Part shown: in pieces, positions 46,219-57,600 of the stretch
How positions within the stretch are numbered: the first letter of the stretch is position 1
Layout: every line of letters begins with the position of its first letter
From: Candidatus Kaiserbacteria bacterium
GTDB lineage: Bacteria > Patescibacteriota > Minisyncoccia > Phycocordibacterales > UBA2100
DNA length: 64,000 bases
Reading direction: 5' to 3'
Assembly: GCA_023267655.1 (NCBI GenBank)
Contig: JAHFMV010000001.1
Coordinates: 31,954 to 95,953 of the forward strand
The notes under the pieces: model-generated
What the model saw: the letters and a program-made list of their open reading frames with translations, nothing else
What the model was told of the DNA's origin: nothing
The model's database searches: none
Position numbers and translations under genes: made by a program

Positions 46219-46273
46219 TATACGTGTAGTGACAATGTATTGACATACCACGTAACGAGTATATACTCGCCAT

Positions 46274-46546
46274 ATGACCACTATTCAAATTCGTATCGAC
46301 GAAAAGACGAAACGCAAGGCGAGCAAAGTATTTGGCAAAATGGGGCTCAACGTTTCGAGCGGTATCAAGGTGTATCTTACCCGTGTCGCACAAGACGAAG
46401 CGATGCCTTTTGTGGTACGTACTGAAAATGGCTACACCCAGGAAGAAGAGCGACAGTTGATCAAGGAAGCAGAGTATGCGGAGAAACATGGTAAGCGATA
46501 CACCTCTGCCCGCGAGGCTCTGGACGATATTTTACGTAAGAAATAA
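46274..46546 (+). CDS. dinJ: RelB/DinJ-family antitoxin
   Basis: MTTIQIRIDEKTKRKASKVFGKMGLNVSSGIKVYL… (IRID.E.K..A, GL..S.AI..FL pattern). The promoter TTGACA-N16-TATACT lies directly upstream. Confidence 0.7.
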   Translation: MTTIQIRIDEKTKRKASKVFGKMGLNVSSGIKVYLTRVAQDEAMPFVVRTENGYTQEEERQLIKEAEYAEKHGKRYTSAREALDDILRKK

Positions 46547-46553
46547 AGAAATT

Positions 46554-46835
46554 ATGTATTCGCTGGTTTTTGCGGCAAAAGCGAAGCGATCATTACGGAA
46601 ATATAAAAAGAGCGGGATATTTCCACAGGAAAAATTTGAGGCGGCGGTCGCTCTCTTGTGTGTGGGGAAACCTTTGCCGCCCTCATACGATGATCATGCC
46701 CTCAGAGGTGAGCTGGTGAGTTTTCGAGAATTCCACCTCGGGTATGACCTTCTGGTCAAATATCGGCGGCGTGCTGAATTACAAGTCATTAACATCGTTG
46801 CGATAGGAACCCATAGCGAACTTTTCGGCGGTTGA
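46554..46835 (+). CDS. yafQ: YafQ/RelE-family mRNA interferase toxin
   Basis: …LLCVGKPLPPSYDDHALRGELVSFREFHLGYDLLVKYRRRAELQVINIVAIGTHSELF matches YafQ blocks (PLP..Y.DH.L.G…R.LHI..D.LL.Y…GTHS.LF). Confidence 0.7.
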   Translation: MYSLVFAAKAKRSLRKYKKSGIFPQEKFEAAVALLCVGKPLPPSYDDHALRGELVSFREFHLGYDLLVKYRRRAELQVINIVAIGTHSELFGG

Positions 46836-46845
46836 GCTCGTCCAA

Positions 46846-47118
46846 GCGCTCTCAACATCCCCATGAAGCTGCGCCATTTTGCGGCGCAAAAACGTACTCC
46901 ACCCCGTGAGATAAGAGTGTAAAAATTTTGTAAAAAAATAAGCGGATTGATATACCCAAAATGTGGCGGTCTAAGGCAATCGTCGCTATCTCACGGGGTA
47001 TAATACGAGTAATGATAGGCGCCAACAGGGCTACAGCCCGCTCCGCTCGCCCGAATAGGGCCGCGTATTTTCGTGTGGGCACAACTCTCTTTTTTGCTGT
47101 TTATTCCGCGTTCATTTC
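46846..47118 (+). repeat. copy A of the giant-gene 5' leader/start module (promoter plus signal-peptide start), with two internal insertions and a truncated ORF
   Basis: gcgctctcaacatcc…gcgccattttgcggcgcaaaaacgtact…tataatacgagtaATGataggcgccaacaggg…ggccgcgtattttcgtgtgggcacaactctcttttttgctgttt aligns with 48532-48670. It encodes MIGANRA…AAYFRVGTTLFFAVYSAFISRF and then a stop. Confidence 0.7.
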
Positions 47119-47160
47119 TCGATTCGATGTTGATAGCTTTGCATGGTATACTCATAGTCA

Positions 47161-47391
47161 ATGACTAAGACGCTCGAAATAATCCTTGAAAAAGCATCCG
47201 CATGGCCAAAGGAAGCCCAAGATGAGCTCGTGCGCGCTGCCAAACAGATCGAAGAAGCGCAAAGCGCGAGTGCGTATACGGCGACAAACGAAGAACTCAA
47301 GGCGATAGACGAAGGGTTATCGCAAATGAGGCGTGGAGAGTTTGCTTCTAAGAAAGAAGTCGATGCATTTTTCAAAAGTCGCAAGCCATGA
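47161..47391 (+). CDS. putative antitoxin (addiction-module component) paired with the downstream RelE/ParE toxin
   Basis: 76 aa, acidic, helical; ATGA overlap with the toxin gene. It is preceded by TGgTATACT with an 8-nt spacer before the ATG. Confidence 0.5.
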   Translation: MTKTLEIILEKASAWPKEAQDELVRAAKQIEEAQSASAYTATNEELKAIDEGLSQMRRGEFASKKEVDAFFKSRKP

Positions 47392-47738
47392 GAGTTGAGT
47401 ATTCGTCGCGTGCACTTAGTGACGTGCGCGCGATTTTCGCGTATACCTATGGACGTAATCCAACGGCAGCCCGGCGGGTGAAGGTGTATATCAAGCAGGC
47501 GGCAACCAAACTGGGCGATATGCCGGGGAAGAGTGTAACGCTTAAACAGCGTCCTGGTGTCAGTCGAATTGTGCTGACACGCTACCCATACGCGTTGTAT
47601 TATGCGACCGAGGCTGACACGGTCGTTATACTCCATATTCGGACAGTGCCCGAAAACTACCAAAAACAAAGGATTTTTAAGTCGAGCTTTCATGCGGCTC
47701 TCAACACCTTCCCGAAGGTGCGCCATTTTGCGGCATAA
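47388..47738 (+). CDS. RelE/ParE-family toxin
   Basis: …RYPYALYYATEADTVVILHIRTVPEN… matches the RelE/ParE C-terminal block (Y.I.Y….V.IL.I.H). The ORF reads on into repeat copy B. Confidence 0.65.
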   Translation: MRVEYSSRALSDVRAIFAYTYGRNPTAARRVKVYIKQAATKLGDMPGKSVTLKQRPGVSRIVLTRYPYALYYATEADTVVILHIRTVPENYQKQRIFKSSFHAALNTFPKVRHFAA

Positions 47739-47790
47739 AAACGTACTACAATACGAGTAATGATAGGCGCGAACAGGGCCGCGTATTTTC
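47694..47790 (+). repeat. copy B of the giant-gene 5' leader/start module (truncated ORF MIGANRAAYFLIW…*)
   Basis: The 70-mer gcgccattttgcggcataaaaacgtactacaatacgagtaatgataggcgcgaacagggccgcgtatttt at 47719-47788 is identical to 48557-48626. Confidence 0.8.
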
Positions 47791-47820
47791 TCATATGGAA
47801 AAGCAGTGCGTCGATGTTCT

Positions 47821-48189
47821 CTAGTTCTTGTTTCCGAAAGTCCGAATACGGCCCGGTTCAATGATGAAGCCGTTGCCTCGCAAAGATTCCGGAGTCTGAC
47901 GTCCGAAGAATTCCTTACATTCGCGGATCAGGGACTCTCGACTAAAATTCTCAACATATACGATGATGAGACCTGCCGTGTCAGCGGGATCGAATGTACG
48001 GATGTCACCGAAACCATGATCGGAAGTAAACAGGATCAATTTGTGCTCACGTGCATGCTGAAAGATCGTCGGATCTGGTGCCGTGGCCAGTTCGATGTCG
48101 CCGGTGTACGTCAGATCAATGTTGGAAAGTTCTCGCAGCGCGTCCCGCAAATCGCGGTTGATACACTGGTCCGCGAGGACGTGGAGCAT
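47821..48189 (-). CDS. DUF5615-family PIN-like (Mut7-C-like) nuclease, toxin partner of DUF433
   Basis: MLHVLADQCINRDLRDALRELS…LILFTSDHGFGDI… matches the DUF5615 pattern. Confidence 0.6.
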   Translation of the reverse strand: MLHVLADQCINRDLRDALRELSNIDLTYTGDIELATAPDPTIFQHAREHKLILFTSDHGFGDIRTFDPADTAGLIIVYVENFSRESLIRECKEFFGRQTPESLRGNGFIIEPGRIRTFGNKN

Positions 48190-48195
48190 ACCGCG

Positions 48196-48429
48196 TTAGG
48201 CGTGCGCAACACGGGCGAGAATCTGAGCGGGGCTCTCAAGAACGCCGCTCGCGAACTCGATTGCGGCATCGACGTCTTCTTTAGTAATGCCTTCATATTG
48301 TCCGGGAATTTCGTCGAGAGCATAACCGGCGCGGATAAGATTGAGAATATCGGCAACCGCGATGCGCGTCCCACGGATCGTAGGTTTCCCAAAGCGAACG
48401 TCTCCATTGATGGTGATGCGTTTGTTCAT
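48196..48429 (-). CDS. DUF433-family protein, antitoxin partner of DUF5615
   Basis: ITINGDVRFGKPTIRGTRIAVADILNLIRAGYALDEIPGQYEGITKEDVDAAIEFA matches the DUF433 consensus. Confidence 0.65.
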   Translation of the reverse strand: MNKRITINGDVRFGKPTIRGTRIAVADILNLIRAGYALDEIPGQYEGITKEDVDAAIEFASGVLESPAQILARVAHA

Positions 48430-48531
48430 GGCAGGAAGTATAGCATGCGCTCAGGTGTACAACAAAGGCTTCTCAGCTGTGTGGTTGGACAATGGAGACT
48501 TAAACAGATACAAAATCCGACATTCGGGATA

Positions 48532-48670
48532 ACGCTCTCAACACCCCACAGAACCTGCGCCATTTTGCGGCATAAAAACGTACTACAATACGAGTAATGA
48601 TAGGCGCGAACAGGGCCGCGTATTTTTGTGTGGGTGCAACTCTCTTTTTTGCTGTTTTTTGTGCATTCAT
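48532..48670 (+). promoter_or_regulatory. native 5' leader/promoter and start of the 5021-aa gene (copy C of the triplicated module)
   Basis: TTTTGCGG…TACAAT then acgagta then ATG at 48597. The -10-like hexamer sits only 7 nt from the ATG, which implies a leaderless or near-leaderless transcript. Confidence 0.55.
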
Positions 48671-51600
48671 TTTAATTTCAGGAACAGTGGATGCGCTTGG
48701 GACCGCGAGCGGAAGTGCGGGTAGCGGAGCGGATAAAACATGCAAATGGAATCCGACGACAAAAAAGTACGAAGATAACGGATGTATTGCAGAAAAAGGG
48801 AAGTGTAACGACAAAGGAAAATGTGAACTGCAAAAAGATTCAGGAGGGGCTGCAAACTGCAAAGACGCTGCAGGGCAAACTGGCTGCGGAGGACTTAATC
48901 AACCCGGGAGCGTGCAGCCCGCGAGCCAACCTTCAACGCTTCAACCAACTCCGTCGATTTTGGACAATCCGCTCCCGCCGCAACCCTCGACAATTGATCC
49001 GACAAAGGCATTTAATGACTCGAGCGCATATAACGATCCAAACGCTTTGACTCCGGCGACAGAAAACAAACCTATCTGGCAACGCGCATGGGACTATCTG
49101 ACCAAGCCTCAACCCGTACCCGCGTCTCCGGGTTATATCAACGGATCTGAAGATTTTGGTGCGCCATCAGGTAGTGATGCGAAAACGTTGCAGCCGGTGA
49201 ATCCGCTGGACGCAAACGACCCGCGAAATCAACTCGTCCCTCCGCCTGGGCAACAAGGAAGCACGTTCGGGCCCGATGAATCTGGGATGATAACTGGTTC
49301 AAATGAAATAGCTGATGCATCGTACCTGGATCGGATTGAAAAGAAAATAGCCGATTCCGCGGAGAAATTCGTTAATTGGCTGACAGCACCGGCCGAGCCG
49401 GTGTACGGGCCGACGGACTCGGGGGAGCAATTGAAGCAGTCTCCATTTCCGCAGCGAGAAGTATATCAAGACGCCGATGGAATGTTCAGGTATCGAGATA
49501 CGGGCGAGCTTGCCTCGGAAACAGACGTGGCACGAGTGCCTTCGGAAACATCCAAACCCTTTGAAACTCGTCCGCCGGAAGAGCTTACAAAACCATACGA
49601 CGATGCAGTCGATAAACTTCGGGGTGCGCGGGAGAAATATGTCGACGAATTAAAAAAGATTGAAGGGTATCAGAAACAAGCCGAAGCTGATGCGGCGAAG
49701 CTTCAAGCGATGAAAGATAAAGGAACCCAGACGGTACCCTACGAAGGAGGTGCAACGAAGAATATAAATGATGCAATCCGAGACAACAATGCACGACTCG
49801 AGCGTATCGCGAATGCTTATAACGATGTCGACGGCCGCATTAATGGGATCGATGATCGTATTGATGCGGCAGCAGTCGGTAAGCAAGATGCAATAGATCG
49901 ATGGGGAGCACTTCAGGACGGAACGAAGCCAACGCTCGCTTCCGAGGTTAATGCCGCGGCGTTTCGGGCTCTCGATAAAATGACTGCAGATTTGAATGCA
50001 CAATATCCTGACGAAATGACCGGATCGGTATCGCCGGAAGGATACAATAAATTACAAGAAGGCTTGCAAAAGGTGGAGACGCTTCGCGAAGTTGTTGCTG
50101 CTCCACCAGGTAATCGACCCGACATCGTTCTTCAAGTAGAACGATTCAAATACAGCGCCTATTTTGCGGAAGCGCAGCAGAACGCGAAAGAACTCCAAGC
50201 AGAATATAATCGATTGACAGCACTCGATGGTCTTGAAGGGGGATCATCACCGGAAACGCTACGCGCAAAAGCCTCGCTCGCGGCGGCGCAAGAAGATTTA
50301 AAACAGCGAACCATCATGGCGGTCGGTGTGAGCGAGCTCTCGCGACAATATCAGGATTTGCAAGGAGCAGCGCTTGCAGCAGCACAAGGTACAGATTCTA
50401 AGGTCCTCGAAGATATTCAGGCAAGAATGGCAAAAATCGAATCAGTCATTCCGCAACTCCAGATGGGAGATATTGCGCCCGATCCGCGGTACGCGGAACT
50501 CCAAAAACAACTGCAACTTGAAGCAGAAAATATTTCGAAAATCGCTAACGCATCATCGTTTCAACCTGATGGGAGTATTTTACCCTCGTCTGACCTTGCT
50601 GATGCGCAAAAAAGGCAGGCTGACCTACAGGCGGAGTTAAAAAGTATAAACGGAACTCTGTACAATCGGTTAGAGAATTTAGCCGTGGGTCGCGCATTGG
50701 AAGACGCGCGTGTTCAGCAGGTTCGGTACGAATTTGGAAATGCGGCAAACGCACCAAGCCTCAAGGATCCGACGGCACTGAAGGCATCGGATTGGTATAC
50801 TCTCGCGGGAATTTCAGGTAATCAGGTAGGACATATTGCAGACAGACTCTCGGACATTGCCACCAATGACGCCGTAACAATACTTCAGCACAATCCCTTC
50901 GAATTTAACACTGGCAATAAGTTCCTCGATTTCTTTGCAAATCAACCAGCTGGAATTTACGAATCATTCGCAAATGTCTTTTCACTTGGCAAGTTGTCGA
51001 CGGATCCGGCGCAACAACTTGGGTTGTATACGGGCACGGAACAAGCTATCAAATACGGTATTGATGGGGTAAATGTCGGACTGACCCCGTTTCTCATACG
51101 CGACATTGCGGCTGTTACTGTCGGTCTTGGTAGACTTGGTTACGAAGGCTTGGCTGCCCGACTTGGCACCGAGGATTTGAGCGCGCTTGAAATTGCCTCA
51201 GCTGCGGATGCTCGACTTCTCGGAGAAAATCTCGCGCGAGCAGAAACACGCGTGCTGGATTCGACGGGGCTAGCTGATTACGGCGCGAACGTTGCCGCGC
51301 GTGATCTTGCCGTGCAAGAGCTTAAACAAGCAAACCTCGGGCTCAGCGTAAAAGGCGACGTTGTCGATCTGAATACAGGCCAGACGCTCTCGTTCCGCGA
51401 TGCAGCGGGCCGATATTCGGAAATAGGATCTGCGGAAGCTGATGCCGTCGCAGCCCTCCGAACCGAAGAACTTCGTCCATCGGTATTCTCAAAAGACTTT
51501 TATACAAACTTGTCAAATGACGTCAGAAACTTTTTTGCAAAGCCCACCGACGAGCAGTTACTGGCAAATGCAGAGACTCGTGTACAGTCGCTAGAGCGAA

Positions 51601-54600
51601 TGAATACAGAACTCGACAAGCGAGCAACGATTGTGGAAGGGAATCGTGGGAAAGCTACGGAACAGGCGACCGATACGCTGAGGTCAGATCCAAAGTTTAC
51701 GCCAGATCGGCAGCAAGTAAGAGATATTGCCCGTCGCGATGCGGAATTGACCAGTGCGCGCTTAAAAGAGATTGAGGCACAAAAGATTGCAAATAATGAA
51801 GCACTTGTTGGTGCCCGAGAGGAATTGGCGCGGTTGCAAAAGCTCGCAGAATCACGGCAACCATCAACAGCACCGGTGCGTGATACCGCCGAACGAACAG
51901 AATCAGCGGCCGGCAGGCCTGCGGCGTCTGTCGAACCATCGTCTCTGCCTCCAACACGGTTGCAGCAATTTGCAGGCGATGTACGTGCATATCTTGCCGA
52001 TCGGATTCCAACACCACTGCAAAACGCATGGGCCGCGGCTCGTGACTGGTATGCGAATGCTTCTCTGGTCCCTAGACCTTCAGGCGGTTTTGCACGTGTA
52101 TTAAATATTGGGGCACTTGCGTCGCAGTTGTTAGGTACGCCACTGCCCGGACTCGCGGCACGAGAATCGACATCGCTTGGTCAGAGCGCGAGTAGAGTAG
52201 TTACTACACAAACTGGCCGCGAAGTATTTTCTGGAGGACGCGTAGTCATTGAACGGCAAATTTCTCCTTTTGATTTTGGTGCAGAATTTCGAGAACCGGT
52301 GGCTCCGACGGTACGGATAGGTGAGCTAAGCGACGTCACGACTCGACCGGTAGGTGAGCTGAGAGAGACGCCACCGGTTCGCAATGGTGATTCTTTGTCT
52401 CCGTCAGAAAATGCGCCGACTGCTCTTGAAAACGGTGCAGTACCGCGAGAAGTGCTTCCGGGAACACAGATTTCTGTTGACCAAGTAACACCTGCACCAA
52501 TACAGTCTCCCCCCACGTCTCCCTTTGCGATTGTCGCGCCAGCACTTACGGCGAATCCATTTTCGAATCCAACGGATTCGGCTGCCCCTTCGACAGTAGA
52601 TTTCACCACTGGAATTGATATTGCCCGCGGGCTGCCGTCAAATCCGTTCCTTTCGATTGATGGTTCCACGGTCCATATCGATATTCCAACAAACGTAAAT
52701 TCGCGAAGCGTTTCGCCGTTCTCGCTTGCTATTGCACCCGGAATTGTTCTCGCACCGATACCTGCGGCGCCCGCGCCCGTAGTTAACCCGAGAAATTCAG
52801 AGGATCAAGTGGCGCCAAACGGGCCTCAAGTTCCTGCAGCACCTGCGCCTCAAGCCAGCCGAAATGGTTCGCCAGCCCCTTCTCAAATCGCACCAACCCC
52901 CGCCGCAAATCTTGCCCCGCCCGTTCCTTCGTCGATTGCTCCCGTCACTAATCAACCAGTTCTCCTCGCACGGCGACTTGCGAATTGGTGGAATAACACA
53001 CCTCAAACGGGTGCAAATCCGACCCCACAATGGATACGGGAACTGATCTTTTATGCGACAGAACCCTATCACTACTATGGGGCCGATCAGATCAGTCTGA
53101 ACAACGCGATTCTAGGTATCACTTCAGGCCAACATTTCACCCTGTCTCCCGATTTTTATAAAAACGACAAATCTCTCGGGAGGAATACGCCGGAATATGT
53201 ACAAGGTCTTCTTGACCCATGGCGAGTATATCTGGGACTGCCGCAGCTTTATGGCACGTTGTCTGTATCGCAGTTTAAGCCGACTGTTAATTCAGGCGAC
53301 CAACAAAATAAGCAATATTACAAAATCAATAACTTCCTGGATAATTACGCAAAAAATAGCACCATATCACAGACAAGTGCAGAAGCCATTAAAATAATGG
53401 TCAACCAAGTCCAGCTATTTGGTAAAAAGACCGGTACAGGGCTTTCAGTTATTGAAAATGATTTCGGCCAAAGCGGAATTATGGGTGGCTATACTCTTTC
53501 GCTCGGCGAAGATGCCAGTGGGAAATATATTTCGTACTACGACAATTGGAAACTGGCATCGAGCGATGGAAGGGGTTCCCTTGAAGGCACAAGCGGCCTC
53601 GTCGGCACGCCATTTGAAATCTACGACCGCATTTATTACAACCCCGACACCTTTGAACCGATCACCGATGTAAATCTCGCAAAAGCGACGGCGGCTGATA
53701 CCGCACTTCTTGCCTCCGGCGACTTCGGCGTCGGCGCCGCACAGCCTGCGACAACTATTGCAACACTCCCGATGCAAACTCTGTCATTCCTCCCGATTCT
53801 GCAAGCTGTTACGCAACCACTCACCTCGGCCGTGGGAAATATATTTAAAATCCTCGCCAACAACGTCATCTCAACCCCCGCCCAAGGTCAGCCGGCACAA
53901 ATCAACGCGAACAATGCATTTGCTCTTGCAAAACCAACGGACGTGGCGCAGTTGAATCAGTATCTGGTGAAAAGTCCGCTCGGACTTCTGGGCGGAAGAC
54001 TTGAAGCAGGGATGGGCGAAGCGGTTAGTATAAGAATAAATCCGACACCCAATCGATGGAATGCGAGCATGGGAGATTACGGCCAATATATTGCAAATGT
54101 TCTTAGAGCAGCCGGCGATCCGCAAGCGAGCTATAATCCATCGACACAAAGACTCACGCTATCGCGAGGTCTCAACAACATTACCGTCACGGGGCTGTTG
54201 AGATTTGCAACGGCACTTAAAGATCAGGGAATCACCTTCGGTCTTCAAAATGCCTTTCGTGACGAGGCGGCGCAGCGAGCGGCGGGAAGCGATCCTGCTG
54301 TCGCGAGCGATCATCCGCTTGGCAGAGCAGCCGATGCTGATTTGCGTTGTAATTCCTGCAAGGGCACCCAAGGATCTTCGGAATGGAAGACCGACTTTGA
54401 AAAGCGAATCATGAAAGCCGCGATTACTGCCGAGGTTCAACAAATAGACATGTACGGTTTTGGTGTTAGAGATACGAGTCTTGGCGCGAAAAATCTTGTG
54501 TATGCGGTGCATGTGGGGTGGAGTGAGTTTAGAAACGGTGGCATCGAGTCGACAGGCGCATTCGCAAATACGCATCGCAATGGATATGCGGGGGCGCAAG

Positions 54601-57600
54601 TGGGAGTGCCGGGGACGCTCTCCGGCGCAACGGCGCAAGATCCAGAAGCGCAAGCACTGTGGAAACAACTGAATGACGCATCGCGTTTGCCAAAAGATTC
54701 AGCGTCATTATATGCGGCGATACAAAAACAAGATGCAACACAATTAGTCGCTCTGCTTTCAAAGCAGCCGAAACCGATACAGCCGACGTATGCCAGTTTC
54801 TTTAGACCTTCTTCAGCTCCGAAAAGTGCATATGATAAGGCGATCGACCTGGGGTACAACCTTAGCGGAATGAAAGATCTCGTCATTGATCCTGATGGGT
54901 TTGCACGCAATGGCACATTTCGTATGAGCCTCATTAAAGCCGCGGTCGGTCTCGACGGACTGAATGGTGTGAAAGTAGGGCAAGGTGGCGAAAAATACGT
55001 GAAATTCAAAACGCCGGGTCAAGGTCTTGCGGCAGATGTGATTTTGACTCAAGGGTATATTGCGATCGGCCTCAATACGCCACGCAAGATTGCAATGGGG
55101 GGGTACCTAGCGTCTGATCCGGACCATCCTGTTTCTGAAGCTGATATGCCAAAAGAAATAGTAGCATATCTTACGCGACTGAAAACAGGCGGAGGCGAAC
55201 CAGACGTAGTCCTAGATCCAAATAATCTCGATCAGCTTATCCGTAATGCCGATGCACGAGCGTGCGCTGAAGAAGGACAGTTCGGTTTTTGCACTGGTTC
55301 GATTCGTTCGGCAGCGGATAAGGAAGAAGCAAAGAAAATAGTTGCACGCGCAGCGGTCATAACGCAGTTACAACCCGAGTTTACGCCGAACGCGATTCCA
55401 AAGGGTCCCGTTGCTGCTGCGCAATTGCCACAATTGAAGCCCGCGACTATCGCGGCTCTCGATGGTAAGCCGACACAGCCGGCTGGTCCGCAAGTGACCG
55501 AGTCAAAAGCAAAAGCGGCAGCCGATGCAGGGGTTGCAAAAAAAGCGGCTGAGGCAAAAGCGGCTGCAGACGCAAAAGCGGCGGAAGGGGCGAAAATTCT
55601 TGCCGATGCGGCGGCGAAACCAAGCTTGCGCGATCGTGCAAAGGAAATTGCAGAGCGAATTGATACGAATGAGCAAAAAGCAAAACTCGCGAATAATGCA
55701 AAGACATTTACCGACCTTGGTATATCCGCAAAGATGATCACGAACAGCCCGTGGCAGACGACACTCATGTCAACGTATGGATATACGGGAGATCGCAGCG
55801 CGGGATCAATAAAGACTGCATCGGGTGTGATACGAAACAACACTTTATACTCTGTTGCTCACAAGACCCTCGACTTTGGCACAATCCTTGAAGTAGAACG
55901 CGAAGCTGGAGGAAAAGTATATATTGAATTAGCGGTGGTCAACGAACGCGGACCATACGTCGCGGGGCGCGGATTAGACGCAGTGCCCGCATTTTCAAAA
56001 GCAATGGGACTTTCTGGCGATCGCAACGCTGACGTCGTTGAAGTGCGATTTCGCATCGTGGGGCAACTTGTTGGATCCGGATATAGCAACAGTATCGCTG
56101 GCTTCAAGCCCGAACAGTCGAAACAATTGATCGCCGGTCTCCAGCTCGGTCCTTCTGCCCCCAACCTCCCCGGGGAAAGGGTTGCGGAAAAAGCTCGTGA
56201 GACGGTGCCGAAGGTTGTGGAAGTTGCGAAGCGGGAAATCGGAAAGATTGCGGGGATTGCGCGACCGGCCTCACCGTCGCGCTCGGCGACGCCGGACATT
56301 TCGGTTGTGACGCCTGTTCTCACCCGCGTTGTACAGCAAGGTGTTGATGCAGGAAAATTGCCGACGGACTTAATCGTTTCGCTCGATAATGGAGCACTGC
56401 GCGGGCTCTCGGCTTCCAAACCCGATCTCACATTCACTTTTGACGTGCGCGGTGCGAGTGCCGGCCAATCAATCGCGAAATCACAATGGGAATTTGCTCG
56501 CAATTATTCCAGCGACGCATCGAAGCCCGAAGGCCGTATTTACAGCAAAGATGAATACAACCAATTTGTCGCACAAATACAAAAAGATGGTGGTCCGAGC
56601 CTGATCTCATTTGATAGCTTGCCGCCGGCCGCACGACAACTCGTTGGCACGACTCCAAAAAGTCTTGGTGGTGTAAAGCTCGGGCTAAGCAAAGAAGCGA
56701 TTGTGAAGCAGTCAGCAGTGTATTTTGCTATACAGGAACTTTCTGGAAAGAAAGTAGCCATCGGACCGTCGATGCTTCGCCCTGACGTGAATACGTACAG
56801 CAGCAGGCAATCTGCACATGGTCCCTTGGATTCGAATCCTCGTTCGCGATTTACCGCGATGGATCTCTTCATAGCACCGGAATATATGGATACGGCGATC
56901 CGGCTCGCGAACAATATTGGTATCCGCGGTATCAATATTTATGACGGTACGTATGATCAAGTTGGGCCGGGGTACAAACAAATTCATCTCGATATGGGTT
57001 CCGTATGGACAGGTACCGCGAGCCGTACCTATAGCGACTTGAAAATCCGCACGATGCTTCTCGCGCATGCTGCGGGTCAGAAACTCTCACTTTCGGACCA
57101 AGTCGTCGCATACATCAACAACAGCAAGCCAGTGCCTGCAAGTGCGCAGCAGATTGTCGTACTACAATCGTCTATCTTGGCAGGAAAATCGATCGTTGCT
57201 GGCTTGAGGCCATCGAGTGCCGAAGTCTTTACGTACACGCTCGCGGCAGATGATCCTGCGCTCGCACAAGGTGTGCTCGCGGCAAAGGCGCCAGCTTCGG
57301 GAACGCCCGGTAATCCACTTTCCATCGCATCGCTTGGCGATTATCTGAAAGCCAAAGACATTGCTTTCACTGAAATAAAACCTGATACTGATGGCAGTTT
57401 GATTGTGATTTTGCAGAATGGTACTCAAATCCCCGTGCAGCAAACGGCGGCAGCAACACAAGCCATTACACTCGAGCCAGAAAAGAATTATTCATTGAGT
57501 TATTTGCGTTCATTGAATCAGCCTAGCTTGAAACTTTTCCTTTCCGCCGCGAATGGCGTGTCGGGTGATCGGTTTATCAACGGACGAATGCTAGGTGTCG

